A stretch of 64,000 bases of DNA, from NCBI GenBank assembly GCA_050173345.1, contig JBFXKW010000001.1, positions 678,342 to 742,341 on the forward strand, given 5' to 3'. The stretch's first letter is position 1; every line of letters begins with the position of its first letter. This document shows, piece by piece, positions 47,144 to 58,319 of this stretch. Made by a program: the position numbers and the translations under genes. The notes under the pieces were generated by a model. The model saw only the letters and a program-made list of their open reading frames with translations, ran no database searches and was not told where the DNA came from. The DNA comes from Alphaproteobacteria bacterium (GTDB lineage Bacteria > Pseudomonadota > Alphaproteobacteria > UBA828).

Positions 47144-48119
47144 ATCTCGAACCTCGTCAGCTTCGCCATGATGGCGACGCCGATCGCCTGGCTGCCCAGG
47201 CCGACGCCGAGCAGCATCAGGCCGCGGTCCTCGTTGAGCAGCGCCATGACGTAGTCCCGGTTGATCAGGAGCAGGATTAGGAACATCGCAAAGGGCAGCG
47301 AGCCGACGATCCAGGCGCTCGCGCGTGCCTCGGACGACAGCGCGCGCACCTTCTTCTTCATCTGGTGGCGCGACCTGATCAGGCTCGACAGGTTGCTCAG
47401 GGTCTCGGCGATGTTGCCGCCGGTCTCGCGCTGCACCGCGAGGCTGGTTGCGAAGAAGTTGAACTCGGCGATGTCGAGGCGGTCGGCCACCTCCCACATC
47501 GCTTCCTCGAAGGTACGGCCCAGCCGGATCGAATTCGACATCCGCCCGAACTCGGTGCCGACCGGGTCCGGCAGGTCGCGGCCGCCGATCGAGATCGCCT
47601 CCGCGATCGGCAGGCCGACGCGCACGCTGCGCACCAGGAGGTCGATCGCGTCCGGGAACGCTTCGAGAAACTTCGTCGTCCGCTTGGATGCCATGCGGCC
47701 GAGCACGAACCAGGGCAAGAGGACGCCCGCCGCCGCGCCCGCCAGGAGGGCGAACGGCAGCGACATCTTCAGCAGCACGATGAAGGCGAGCGCCGCGAAC
47801 AGTCCGACGCCGAGGCAGATCAGCCCGAACGCCTCGGGCGATGCGCTCTTGCCGGCCTTGGCAAGCCGCACCGCGATCTTGCTGCGGGCCGGCATCATGC
47901 GCGACAGCAGCCGCTTGCGGCTGGCATCCGGCAGGTCGTAGCCCTTGCGGCGGACACTGACCGCCAACGGCACGCGACGCTGCACCTTGAAGCGGCCGGT
48001 CACCTTGTCGATCCGCCGGTCGAGCGCCTTGGAGCCGCCGGTCGCCCAGGCGAGCGCGACCGCGCCGAACACCACCAGCGCGCCGACGAAGACCGCGATG
48101 AAGATCACATCGGTTCCGC

Positions 48120-48132
<13 letters not shown>
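47140..48132 (-). CDS. tadB: Tad pilus platform protein TadB
   Basis: FPDAIDLLVRSVRVGLP, QRETGGNIAE, ALSSEARASA; probable GTG start after GGAG. Confidence 0.92.
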
Positions 48133-49786
<1,654 letters not shown>

Positions 49787-49790
<4 letters not shown>

Positions 49791-51007
49791 CCGGCGGCCT
49801 CCGCCGCGGCGAGCGGATCGGGCGTCTTGCGGAGCACGTCAGCCAGCTTCTTGAAGGCGCCGGTGATGCGCGCGTTGCGGGCGATCTGCGGCAGCGGCTT
49901 GCCCTCGTTCGCGCTCTTCGCCACGGCCGCCGGATCGAACGGGATGACGGCGTCGAGCTTGGCCTTGAGGCCGCCCTCGAAATCGCCCTGGCTCAGATGG
50001 CCCTTGGCGGACGACACCAGGCTGCCGACGATCCTGAGCTTCGCCGCGGGCGCGCTGAGCCGGATCATTTCGCGGAGCCGAAGCGTGTCGCGCAGGCTGG
50101 CGAGCGAGAAATCGGTCACCAGCACGATGTCTGTCGAGACCGCCAGCACCTCGCGCTGCGTGCCGGCGGCGTGGCGCGGCAGGTCGACCACCACCCAGTC
50201 ATGGCGCAGGCCGACCTGCTCCAGCAGCAGCATGATCGAGGCCGGGGTGAAGGTGGCCGGCTCGCCGAGCGGCTCCTCGGTCGACAGCAGGCTCAGGTTC
50301 GCGGCGGCCTGGCGCATGCTGCGCTCCAGGAAGAGCTCATCGACCCGGTCCGGCTGACGCAGCGCTTCATGCAGGCCCGAGCCGGACTCCACGTCGAATT
50401 GCAGCGCGAGCGTGCCGAAGCGGAAGTCGAGGTCGATCAGGCCGACCTTCTGCTTGGAGTTGTCGGAGAGCAGCCAGCCGAGATTGGCGACGACCGTGCT
50501 GGCGCCGACGCCGCCGCGCGTGCCGATCACGATCACGATGCGCCCGCGGGTGCCGAGCACGCGGCGGCGCTCCCGGCTCTCCTCGATCCGGCGCAGCGCG
50601 CTGCGCAGCGCGTCGACCTCGAGCGGCTTGACCAGGTAGTCGGTCGCGCCGGCATGGATCATCTGTCGATAGAGGCGGACGTCGTTGATGTCGCCGAGGC
50701 AGACGATCGAGGTCTCGTTGCCGATCAGCTCGACCAACGTCGCGGTGTCGGCCTCGGGGTCGGCGGAATCGCCGAGATCGACCAAGAGGGTCTGCGGCGC
50801 CGCCGCGATGCCGGCCGTGCGCGCGGCATCGGCGATGGTGCCCTGGCTGATGTCGGCGTCCTCCCAGCCGAACTCGGCCGCCACCATCCGCGCGATGTCG
50901 CACGCCGTGTCGTCGGCGATCACCGCCGAGAACGGCTCGCGGTGGCTGCCGGCGGCGTCCTTGCCGTCGGAGCGGCCGTCGCGCGACAGAAGATTCCTGA
51001 ACATCAT
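49787..51007 (-). CDS. cpaE: Tad pilus localisation protein CpaE/TadZ
   Basis: Receiver-like N-terminus (NDVRLYR..DYL), deviant Walker A GTRGGVGAST, DLDFRFG. Confidence 0.92.
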
Positions 51008-51023
51008 GCCCCTCGCCCCGCGC

Positions 51024-51722
51024 TCAGTTGCCGGTCAGGCTCTGCGTCGATCTCGCGTTCGGCAGGTCGGGGTTGGCGATGCGCGGCTGCGTGCCGGCGC
51101 GATACCGCTCGACCGCCAAGGCCTCGCGCTGGCCGTCGGCGCTGCTCAGCGCATCGCCCCAGGCGAGGTCGCCGGGGTCGGCGAGCATCAGCGCGAGGTT
51201 CATCGCGTTGGCGCAGCCGAGGTTGGTCGATTCCTTGTTGCTGAAGTCGGCGACCACGGGCTTGCGCCAGTCGGGGCAGCCCGGCACCGTCACCTCGTAG
51301 CGGCCGATATAAACGTAGGCCGTGTCGGAGGCGGCCGGATCGTCCAGCGCCACGCCGTCGGCCTGGTACTGCACGCTGAAGCCGCGGGCCGATGCCATCT
51401 CGCGCAGCACGGCCGCCCGCTCGACAGCGAGCTCGGGCGCGATCCCGCTGGCGTTGGTGCGCGCGACCAGGCGGATCGGGCGCGTCGCATCCTCCATCGC
51501 GAGCGTGTTGACGAAGCGCTTCTCCTCGCCCGCCGAGAGCCGGGCCGAGCCCGGCTCGAAGCGCAGGTCGAGCTTGGAGACGGTCCACTCCGCGACCGGC
51601 CGCTTGCTCGTCGTGGCGGTGGGCGTATAGCCCTCCATGCTCGCCGAGCAGGCGCCGAGGCTGAGCAGGCCGAGGACGGCGACCGGCGCGAAGCACCGCG
51701 TGATCATCCGATGGCGTGCCAT
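51024..51722 (-). CDS. cpaD: Pilus biogenesis lipoprotein CpaD
   Basis: LGAC lipobox, PGCPDW, NLGCA..NLALMLADPGDL; lies between cpaC and cpaE. Confidence 0.87.
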   Translation of the reverse strand: MARHRMITRCFAPVAVLGLLSLGACSASMEGYTPTATTSKRPVAEWTVSKLDLRFEPGSARLSAGEEKRFVNTLAMEDATRPIRLVARTNASGIAPELAVERAAVLREMASARGFSVQYQADGVALDDPAASDTAYVYIGRYEVTVPGCPDWRKPVVADFSNKESTNLGCANAMNLALMLADPGDLAWGDALSSADGQREALAVERYRAGTQPRIANPDLPNARSTQSLTGN

Positions 51723-51736
51723 GACGGTGTCCTTTC

Positions 51737-53122
51737 TCAATCCAGCAGGAAGCCGGCCTCGGACGCCGCGTCGTTGCGGCGGCTCGCTACCAGCCCCGGC
51801 GCGGAAGCGGCGCCGGTGAGCTCGCCATAGTTCCGGCCGTACAGGATGCGCTCCTCGTCGTTCGGCGGCTCGATGCCCTGCGTCGGGTCGGCCAGGTTGG
51901 CGCGCAGCGCCGGCCGCACGAGATAGGGCGTCACCATGATCACGAGCTCGCTCTCATCGCGCTGGAACTCGTCCGAGCGGAAGAGCTGCCCGAGCACGGG
52001 CACCTCGCCGAGGCCGGGGAACTTGTTGATCGAGTGGGTGACGTTGTTCTGGATCAGGCCCGCGATCGCGAAGCTCTGGCCGCTCGCGAGCTCGACCGTG
52101 GTGGTGGCCTGCCGCGTGGTGAGCGCCGGGATGACGAAGTTGTTGACGGTCACGGCGCCGGCCGAGCTGAGCTGGCTCACCTCGGGCGCGACGCGCAGGC
52201 TGATGCGGCCGCCGTCCAGCACCACCGGCGTGAATGACAGGAACACGCCGAAGCGCTTGAACTCGATGGTGATGCCGTTGTCGCCGTCGCTGACCGGGAT
52301 CGGGAACTCGCCGCCGGCGAGGAAGGTCGCGTTCTCGCCGGAGAGCGCGGTCAGGTTGGGCTCGGCGAGCACGGTCAGCAGCCCTTCGTCCGCCAGCGCG
52401 TTGAGCACCGCGTTGAAGCTGAGATTGCCCGAGCTGCCGCTCGCGGAGATCAGGTGCTGCGCCGTGGCGGCGACCGCGCCGGGGAAGCCGCTCGCGATGC
52501 CGAACAGCACGCTCGACGTCTCGAAGAACGCCTCCCAGTTGAAGCCGAGCTCCTTGAGCGCGGAGCGCTTCACCTCGGCGACGCGCACGCGCAGGTTGAC
52601 CTGGGTCGGCTGCTCGACCTTGAGGCGGTTGACGATGGTATCGCCCTCGGCCGTGAAGCGCGCCGCCACCTTCTGGATATCGGCGGCGACCGTGGGCGAG
52701 CCGACGCTGCCTTCGAGCACGATCGCCTTGTCGATCGAGCTGACCTTGACCTCGGAGCCCGGGCCGATCGCCTTGATGACCGATTTGAGCCGGCCGATAT
52801 TGTGATTGATCCGCACCGTCATGCTGGCGACGACGTTCTCGCGCTCGTCGACCGCGAACAGGGTGGTCTCGCCCACCGTCTTGCCGAACAGGTAGATCAG
52901 GCGCGGCGACTTGACCTGCACGTCCGCGACCGCGGCATCGGCGAGGAACACGGTGTTGACCGGCGCGTCGAGCTTGATGAGCGCGCCCTTGTGCAGGTCG
53001 AGTTCGATCAGGGTGTCGTCCTGCTCGACCACGACCGCGCCGGCATTGGCCGGGGCGGCCGCGAACGGCAAGACGCCCAGGATGAGAAGGAACGCGGCCA
53101 GCAGGATGGTTGCGCGGCGCAT
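51737..53122 (-). CDS. cpaC: Tad secretin CpaC/RcpA
   Basis: Signal peptide, BON-like region, QVNLRVRVAEV, AEPNLTALSG, FLAGGEFP, PGLGEVPVLGQLFRS, ELVIMVTP. Confidence 0.95.
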   Translation of the reverse strand: MRRATILLAAFLLILGVLPFAAAPANAGAVVVEQDDTLIELDLHKGALIKLDAPVNTVFLADAAVADVQVKSPRLIYLFGKTVGETTLFAVDERENVVASMTVRINHNIGRLKSVIKAIGPGSEVKVSSIDKAIVLEGSVGSPTVAADIQKVAARFTAEGDTIVNRLKVEQPTQVNLRVRVAEVKRSALKELGFNWEAFFETSSVLFGIASGFPGAVAATAQHLISASGSSGNLSFNAVLNALADEGLLTVLAEPNLTALSGENATFLAGGEFPIPVSDGDNGITIEFKRFGVFLSFTPVVLDGGRISLRVAPEVSQLSSAGAVTVNNFVIPALTTRQATTTVELASGQSFAIAGLIQNNVTHSINKFPGLGEVPVLGQLFRSDEFQRDESELVIMVTPYLVRPALRANLADPTQGIEPPNDEERILYGRNYGELTGAASAPGLVASRRNDAASEAGFLLD

Positions 53123-53123
53123 G

Positions 53124-54173
53124 TCACTCGCCCCCCACGATTTGGCTGGTGGTGTCGCTGAAATCCTCGAGGCCTGAATCGATCGCCCCGTCGATGTCCT
53201 CGATGCCGTCGATGTCGTCATAGTCGGCAGAACCGTCCTCGCCTTCGATGTCGCCCGGCTCGGGCTCGGCGCCGGGCGCCGCGCCCTGCAGCGGCACGAT
53301 GCCGAAGGAGAGCGACTGGCTCGCCTGCTTCTTGCCGCCGCGGATCACGCTGACGCGCACCTTCGGCTGCTTGTTGCCCGATGGCGGACGGTGCAGCACC
53401 GCGCTCACCTCGCTGTCGAGCGTGTAGCTCTCGGCGAGCACCTTCTCCTCGGCATGCTCGAGCGACTCCTCGCCCCCCTCCGGCCGCGCCACGCTGCGCA
53501 GGCTGAGCGAGAGCTTGCCCAGATTGCTCAGCATGGTGAGCACCTCGGCCTGCTTCGGCGTCACTTCGAGCGTCGCGGTCTTGGCGACCTGCGCCTTGCC
53601 ATCGATGTCCTCGACGCGCTGGTCGACGGCGAGCACGCGCACGTCGCGCAGCACCGTCTCGCTGGCGTTGCGCTCGGTCTTTCCCTGCTTGACGACGTGG
53701 GTCAGGATCACGTCGACCTGGTCGCCGGGAAAGAACAGGCCAGCAACACCAGTGGTCGCGTTGATCGGCACCGAGATCGCGCGCTGGCCCGGCTCGACGA
53801 TGGCGGCGAGGAAGCCGCGTTCGCCCGGCTTGACCACGCGGGCGTCAGTGACCGGCTCGCCCTTGGTGATGCCGCGGCGCACCACCGCGCCGATGAACGC
53901 CTTGTCGGCCTCCGGCGCGCGCAGGACGAAGCCCTCGATCACGCCGTCCTGCGGCCAGGGCCGGAACTTGAGGTCGCCCTTCTCGATGATGCGGCCAGCC
54001 GGCAAATCCTTGATCGCGACCAGCACCTCGGAGGCGGGCTCGGGCGCCACCGCCTCGGCCTGCACCTTGGCACTGGCCTCCTGCGGCGAATTGATGAATT
54101 TGCGCGCCACCATGGCGGTGCCGCCGGCTGCGACCAGCGCGACCAGCAGGAGGAGAATGCGCCGAAGGTTCAT
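53124..54173 (-). CDS. cpaB: Flp pilus assembly protein CpaB/RcpC
   Basis: SAF domain, GVAGLFFPGDQVDVIL, VRVLAVDQ, TATLEVTPKQAE. Confidence 0.93.
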   Translation of the reverse strand: MNLRRILLLLVALVAAGGTAMVARKFINSPQEASAKVQAEAVAPEPASEVLVAIKDLPAGRIIEKGDLKFRPWPQDGVIEGFVLRAPEADKAFIGAVVRRGITKGEPVTDARVVKPGERGFLAAIVEPGQRAISVPINATTGVAGLFFPGDQVDVILTHVVKQGKTERNASETVLRDVRVLAVDQRVEDIDGKAQVAKTATLEVTPKQAEVLTMLSNLGKLSLSLRSVARPEGGEESLEHAEEKVLAESYTLDSEVSAVLHRPPSGNKQPKVRVSVIRGGKKQASQSLSFGIVPLQGAAPGAEPEPGDIEGEDGSADYDDIDGIEDIDGAIDSGLEDFSDTTSQIVGGE

Positions 54174-54191
54174 GACGAGGCGATCCTTCGC

Positions 54192-54716
54192 TTAAAAGGT
54201 GAGCCCGAGGGCGCCAAGCTGACGCAAAAGGATGAAGATTCCGCCTGCGGCGATGGCGAGGCCATAGGGCACGCGCTGCCGCATGACGGGGATCACGCCG
54301 CCTTCCGCCGCGCTTGCGGGCACGCCGCGCCGTTTGGCGACGAGGGTGCGGGCAAGCATCAGGCCGAGTGCGAGCGCGCCGCCGGCGAGGCTGGTGATGA
54401 CGAGGAAGGGCAGCACCAGGCCGAAGCCCGCCCACAGCGCGCAAGCCGCGATCAGCTTGACGTCGCCGCCGCCGACCAGGCGGAGACTGAACAGGCCGAG
54501 GCCCACGGCGAACGCGATGCCGGCCACGATCAGCCCGCCCTGCCAATCGGCCGGGGCCGGGCTCAGCAGCGCATAGGGCGCGAACAAAAGGACGAGCGCG
54601 ACCGAGACCCAGTTCGGAATCAGGTAGCGGCGCGCGTCGCTCGCCGCGGCATAGACGAGCAGGGCGGCGGCCGCGATCAGGGGCGCGGCGGCGATGTAGG
54701 CGGCACTGTCCATCAT
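54192..54716 (-). CDS. cpaA: Prepilin peptidase CpaA/TadV (A24 family)
   Basis: AAASD..IPN, GGGDVKL, VPYGLAI. Confidence 0.93.
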   Translation of the reverse strand: MMDSAAYIAAAPLIAAAALLVYAAASDARRYLIPNWVSVALVLLFAPYALLSPAPADWQGGLIVAGIAFAVGLGLFSLRLVGGGDVKLIAACALWAGFGLVLPFLVITSLAGGALALGLMLARTLVAKRRGVPASAAEGGVIPVMRQRVPYGLAIAAGGIFILLRQLGALGLTF

Positions 54717-54773
54717 TGCCTCCTGCGCGCAGCCTCGCAGGAACTAGAAAAACTAAGGTTAAGACGGCGGCTG

Positions 54774-54810
54774 GAAAGAAAGGCGGGCGACGCGAACCGC
54801 GCTGCCCGCC
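54774..54810 (-). terminator. Putative intrinsic terminator/attenuator after flp pilin
   Basis: GGCGGGC..GCCCGCC hairpin followed on the minus strand by TTTCTTTC. Confidence 0.55.
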
Positions 54811-54837
54811 CTTCTACCTGTCAGACGACGCCAGCCG

Positions 54838-55062
54838 TTACGGAGTAACGGGCGGCTCCTCGGCCGGCGGATCTTCGGCGGCGCCGTCATCGGTCGCCGT
54901 GCTCAGCTCGTCGGAGACGTTGCCGAACATGTCGTTCAGGCTGTCACCCAGCAGGGTGGCGCCGCCGATGATGGCCACGCCGACGAGGGCCGCGATCAGA
55001 CCGTATTCGATCGCGGTCACGCCCTCTTCGTCGCGACGGAAATTGCGCAGAAACTTCAACAT
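54838..55062 (-). CDS. flp: Flp family type IVc pilin 1
   Basis: DEEG|VTAIEYGLIAALV Flp motif. Confidence 0.94.
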   Translation of the reverse strand: MLKFLRNFRRDEEGVTAIEYGLIAALVGVAIIGGATLLGDSLNDMFGNVSDELSTATDDGAAEDPPAEEPPVTP

Positions 55063-55113
55063 GGGGAAACTCCCTTAGGTCGGTACACCGCGATCAAAAT
55101 TCGTAGACAGCCT

Positions 55114-55142
55114 TTAACGCGGTCTTACAGTCTTTGGTTAAC
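55114..55142. promoter_or_regulatory. CtrA-like sites upstream of flp pilin 1
   Basis: TTAA-N7-TTAC (55114-55128) plus a GTTAAC half-site (55137-55142). Confidence 0.5.
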
Positions 55143-55196
55143 GCGGCAGTGACGGAAAAAAGCCGCGAGATTCGCATCCGTATCGAAATCCGAACC

Positions 55197-55286
55197 GTCA
55201 TTGCCCGGCTTGACCGGGCAATCCAGGAAGCCTTGGAAACCGCCGTGCCGCCACCCCTGGATGCCCCGGTCGAGCCGGGGCATGAC
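55197..55286. repeat. Palindromic REP-like repeat family A, copy 6
   Basis: GTCATTGCCCGGCTTGACCGGGCAATCCAG ... CTGGATGCCCCGGTCGAGCCGGGGCATGAC. Confidence 0.88.
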
Positions 55287-55410
55287 GAAGAGAGCGTCAT
55301 CGCCACGTCTTCGTGTATGAACCTCCACTGCGCCGGCCAGAAAAGATTCGGGCGCGGCATCGAAATGATGCCGCGCCCGATTCGGCCGACCCGCTGCTCG
55401 TGCCGGATCG

Positions 55411-55605
55411 TCAGCTTTCGGCATCGCCGCCGCCGACCGATTGCTCGATGGTCGCCGCCGAGCCGTCGAACACGTCGTTGACCTCGCCGCCGAGCAGGGT
55501 GGCGCCGCCGATGATGGCAACGCCGACCAGCGCCGCGATGATGCCGTACTCGATGGCGGTGACGCCGCTTCGGTCGCGCCACACGCGGCCCAGGCATGCC
55601 ATCAT
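55411..55605 (-). CDS. flp: Flp family type IVc pilin 2
   Basis: DRSG|VTAIEYGIIAALV; AAGGAG RBS. Confidence 0.92.
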   Translation of the reverse strand: MMACLGRVWRDRSGVTAIEYGIIAALVGVAIIGGATLLGGEVNDVFDGSAATIEQSVGGGDAES

Positions 55606-55745
55606 GACGAGACTCCTTCTCTAGTAGGCTGCCGCTCCCTGCAGTCCGCCCGAGCCTCGGCGCCGTTCGTAAAGATTTCTCAACCGAACGGCGTTAACGC
55701 CCCGACCGCACCCCGCACGCGCGGGCCGAAAAAAATCATCCGCCA

Positions 55746-55772
55746 TGTCACGCCGGGCCGGCCTGCCTCGTC
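55746..55772 (+). promoter_or_regulatory. ECF41-type promoter
   Basis: TGTCACG-N16-CGTC versus the ECF41 consensus TGTCACA-N16-CGTC, upstream of the operon encoding the ECF41 sigma. Confidence 0.72.
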
Positions 55773-55801
55773 TTACTCCTGAAAGACGAGGAGACCGCGC
55801 C

Positions 55802-56236
55802 ATGCGAACCCTGCTTGCCCTCGCGATCGGCACCCTGCTCGGCCTCAACGGGCTCGCCATGCTGGTGCTGCCCGGCACCTGGTACGGCATGGTACCGGGC
55901 GTGACGGAAACCGGCCCGTTCAACGGCCATTTCGTGCGCGACATCGGCGCGGCCTATCTGGTGACGGGCGCCGCCCTCGCCTGGTTCGCGCTGGATGGAC
56001 GCGCCCGTGCCGCGGCGCTCGCCGGCGGCGCCTTTCTCGCTTTGCATGCGGCGCTGCATGTCGGCGAGGCGCTGGCCGGCCATCACGCCGAGCACCTGCT
56101 GCGCGACCTGCCGAGCGTCCTCCTGCCCCCTGCCCTCGTGCTTTGGCTGGCTTGGCCGCGACGCCGGGCCGATACTTCAAGAAGGAGCAACCGCCATGAG
56201 AAACTGGCTGATCCGGCGTTCGATCGACGCCTTTGA
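55802..56236 (+). CDS. Hypothetical membrane protein
   Basis: About four hydrophobic segments, WYGMVPGV..TGPFNGHFVRDIG, H..LH; GAGGAG RBS. Confidence 0.78.
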   Translation: MRTLLALAIGTLLGLNGLAMLVLPGTWYGMVPGVTETGPFNGHFVRDIGAAYLVTGAALAWFALDGRARAAALAGGAFLALHAALHVGEALAGHHAEHLLRDLPSVLLPPALVLWLAWPRRRADTSRRSNRHEKLADPAFDRRL

Positions 56237-56744
56237 GCGCCGCTACGACTACGACATGAGCTATGCCCGCGAGATGCTGGAGGCGAGCCCGCGCGCGGTG
56301 ATGCATTTCTCCAAGGTGGTCGCCATGGCCGCCCATCGCGAGGACGTGCCGCTCGAAGCCTGGTACGCCGCGAAGATCGCGGCCACGCTCGCCGAGGATT
56401 GCGGCCCGTGCACCCAGCTCGGCGTGCGCATGGCGGAAGAAGCCGGCGTCAAGGGCAGCGTGCTCAAGGCGATCCTCGAGGGCGACGACCGCGCCATGGG
56501 CGCCGATGCCGCCCTCGGCTACCGCTTCGCCCGGGCGACCATCAGCCACGACGCCGCGCTCGACCGCCTGCACGACGAGGTGGTGCGGCGCTGGGGCGCG
56601 AGGGCGCTGGTCTCGCTCGCGCTCGTCATCGCCGCCACGCGCGTGTTCCCGGCCGTCAAGTACGCGCTCGGCCACGGCCAGAGCTGCCAGCGCGTCGAGA
56701 TCGCCGGAGAGGGCGCTGCCGTGCCGGTGCGCCACGCCGCGTGA
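56196..56744 (+). CDS. AhpD/carboxymuconolactone decarboxylase-like protein with CxxC
   Basis: EDCGPC motif, helical composition, AAGGAG RBS, next to the ECF41 sigma. Confidence 0.72.
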   Translation: MRNWLIRRSIDAFERRYDYDMSYAREMLEASPRAVMHFSKVVAMAAHREDVPLEAWYAAKIAATLAEDCGPCTQLGVRMAEEAGVKGSVLKAILEGDDRAMGADAALGYRFARATISHDAALDRLHDEVVRRWGARALVSLALVIAATRVFPAVKYALGHGQSCQRVEIAGEGAAVPVRHAA

Positions 56745-57640
56745 CGAGCGGGCCCGCAGGCACGCCCGATCCCGCCGGCCGCTTCGAGCCGCACCGGCGC
56801 TATCTGCTCGGGCTCGCCTACCGCATGCTCGGCTCGTTCGCCGAGGCCGAGGACGCCGTGCAGGACGCGTACTTGCGCTGGCACGACGCCTCGGCCAAGG
56901 GCGGCATCGACGACGCCAGGGCCTATCTCGCGCGCACCGTGGCGCGGCTTTGCCTCGACCGGCTCAAATCCGCCCATGCCCGGCGCGAGAGCTATGTCGG
57001 CCCGTGGCTGCCCGACCCGGTGCTCGACGAGGCCGGGCTGGTCGCGGACGAGCCGCACGGCGAATACGCGAACGACCTGTCAGTCGCGCTGCTGCTCACG
57101 CTGGAGCGGCTGTCGCCGCTCGAACGCGCGGCGTTCCTGCTGCACGACGTGTTCGACATGCCGTTCGCCGAGATCGCCGCGACGCTCGGCCGCAGCGAGG
57201 CGGCGTGCCGCCAGCTCGCCGGCCGCGCGCGTGAGCATGTGCGTGCGGGCCGGCCGCGCTACCGGGCCTCCGACGAGGCGAGACAACGCCTTGTCCTTGC
57301 CTTCGCCGCCGCGGTACAGAGCGGCGATGCGAACGAGATCGCACGTCATCTCGCCGCGGACGCGGTGTTCTATTCGGATGGCGGCGGCAAGGTGCCGGCC
57401 GCGCTCAACCCGATCGAGGGCGCCGACAAGGTGGCGCGGCTGATCGTCGGCCTGGCCACCAAGTTCGCCATGCCGCCGGGCACGAGCGCGCGCTTCGCCC
57501 ATATCAACGGCCTGCCCGGCTTCGTCATCGCCGGACCCGACGGGCCATTCCAGACAGTCGCCTTCGAGATCGGCGATGACGGCCTGATCGGCGCCATCTA
57601 CACGGTGCGCAACCCGGACAAGCTGCGCCACCTGCATTGA
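56741..57640 (+). CDS. sigJ: ECF41 (SigJ-type) sigma factor with C-terminal SnoaL-like extension
   Basis: AYRMLGS..AEDAVQ, YVGPWLPDP, SDGGG, RNPDKL; GTGA overlap with the upstream gene. Confidence 0.93.
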   Translation: MTSGPAGTPDPAGRFEPHRRYLLGLAYRMLGSFAEAEDAVQDAYLRWHDASAKGGIDDARAYLARTVARLCLDRLKSAHARRESYVGPWLPDPVLDEAGLVADEPHGEYANDLSVALLLTLERLSPLERAAFLLHDVFDMPFAEIAATLGRSEAACRQLAGRAREHVRAGRPRYRASDEARQRLVLAFAAAVQSGDANEIARHLAADAVFYSDGGGKVPAALNPIEGADKVARLIVGLATKFAMPPGTSARFAHINGLPGFVIAGPDGPFQTVAFEIGDDGLIGAIYTVRNPDKLRHLH

Positions 57641-57663
57641 ACGATCACAATGGCGTGCTGCCC

Positions 57664-57742
57664 TTGACAGGCCCGCGGCACAGCGCCACGCTAATCTTCG
57701 ATCACCGCAGAATACCTAAAGAAATGAGTGCGTTATTCGCAC
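57664..57742 (+). promoter_or_regulatory. Putative sigma70 promoter plus IclR (PcaR/PobR-like) operator for the hydroquinone operon
   Basis: TTGACA-N17-CACGCT; palindrome GTGCG-TTATT-CGCAC at 57728-57742. Confidence 0.5.
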
Positions 57743-57767
57743 GGCGACGTGATCGGAGGAGGCGAAT

Positions 57768-58268
57768 TTGACCGACGTCAAGACCGTATTCGGGTCGCTC
57801 AACAGCTATGCGAAGGGCGGCGTCGAGATCATCAACGACGACCCGAAGAACTACGTCTTCTCGAACGTGTTCGACGTCGCCTCGAAGTCGAAGCCCTATG
57901 AGCGCGTCGCGGTCGGCAAGAACTTCGAATACGTCATCGAGTGCGTGCGCGCCGAGGGCACCTCGCCCTGGTATGCGGCGGCGCATGACGAGTTCGCGCT
58001 GTGCATGGACGGCAAGGTCGAGGTCCGCCTGGTCAAGCTCGACGACCCCGGCATCGTGCCGGCCGGCAAGGACGGCGCCATCCGGATCGAGGGCGAGCCC
58101 AAGGGCCGCAAGATGGGCGTGGTGAACGCCGGCCGCGGCCACATGACCCTGCTGCCGGTCGGCGCCGCCTACCAGTTCCATGCCGACAAGCCCGCCGTGG
58201 TGACGATCCAGACCATTCAGGGCGATCTCACCATCGAGCGCTGGGCCGAGATCTGCCAGACCGAGTGA
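57768..58268 (+). CDS. hapC: Hydroquinone 1,2-dioxygenase small subunit (HapC/HqdA-like)
   Basis: TVFGSL..Y.KGG, YVFSNVF, PYERVAVGKN.EYVIE, HDEF, W..ICQ; TTG start after GGAGGAGG. Confidence 0.88.
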   Translation: MTDVKTVFGSLNSYAKGGVEIINDDPKNYVFSNVFDVASKSKPYERVAVGKNFEYVIECVRAEGTSPWYAAAHDEFALCMDGKVEVRLVKLDDPGIVPAGKDGAIRIEGEPKGRKMGVVNAGRGHMTLLPVGAAYQFHADKPAVVTIQTIQGDLTIERWAEICQTE

Positions 58269-58319
58269 GGCGGCGCGCGGCCGGCGGCGCCGCGCCCGTG
58301 CCGTTGAGGAGGAGCACCC

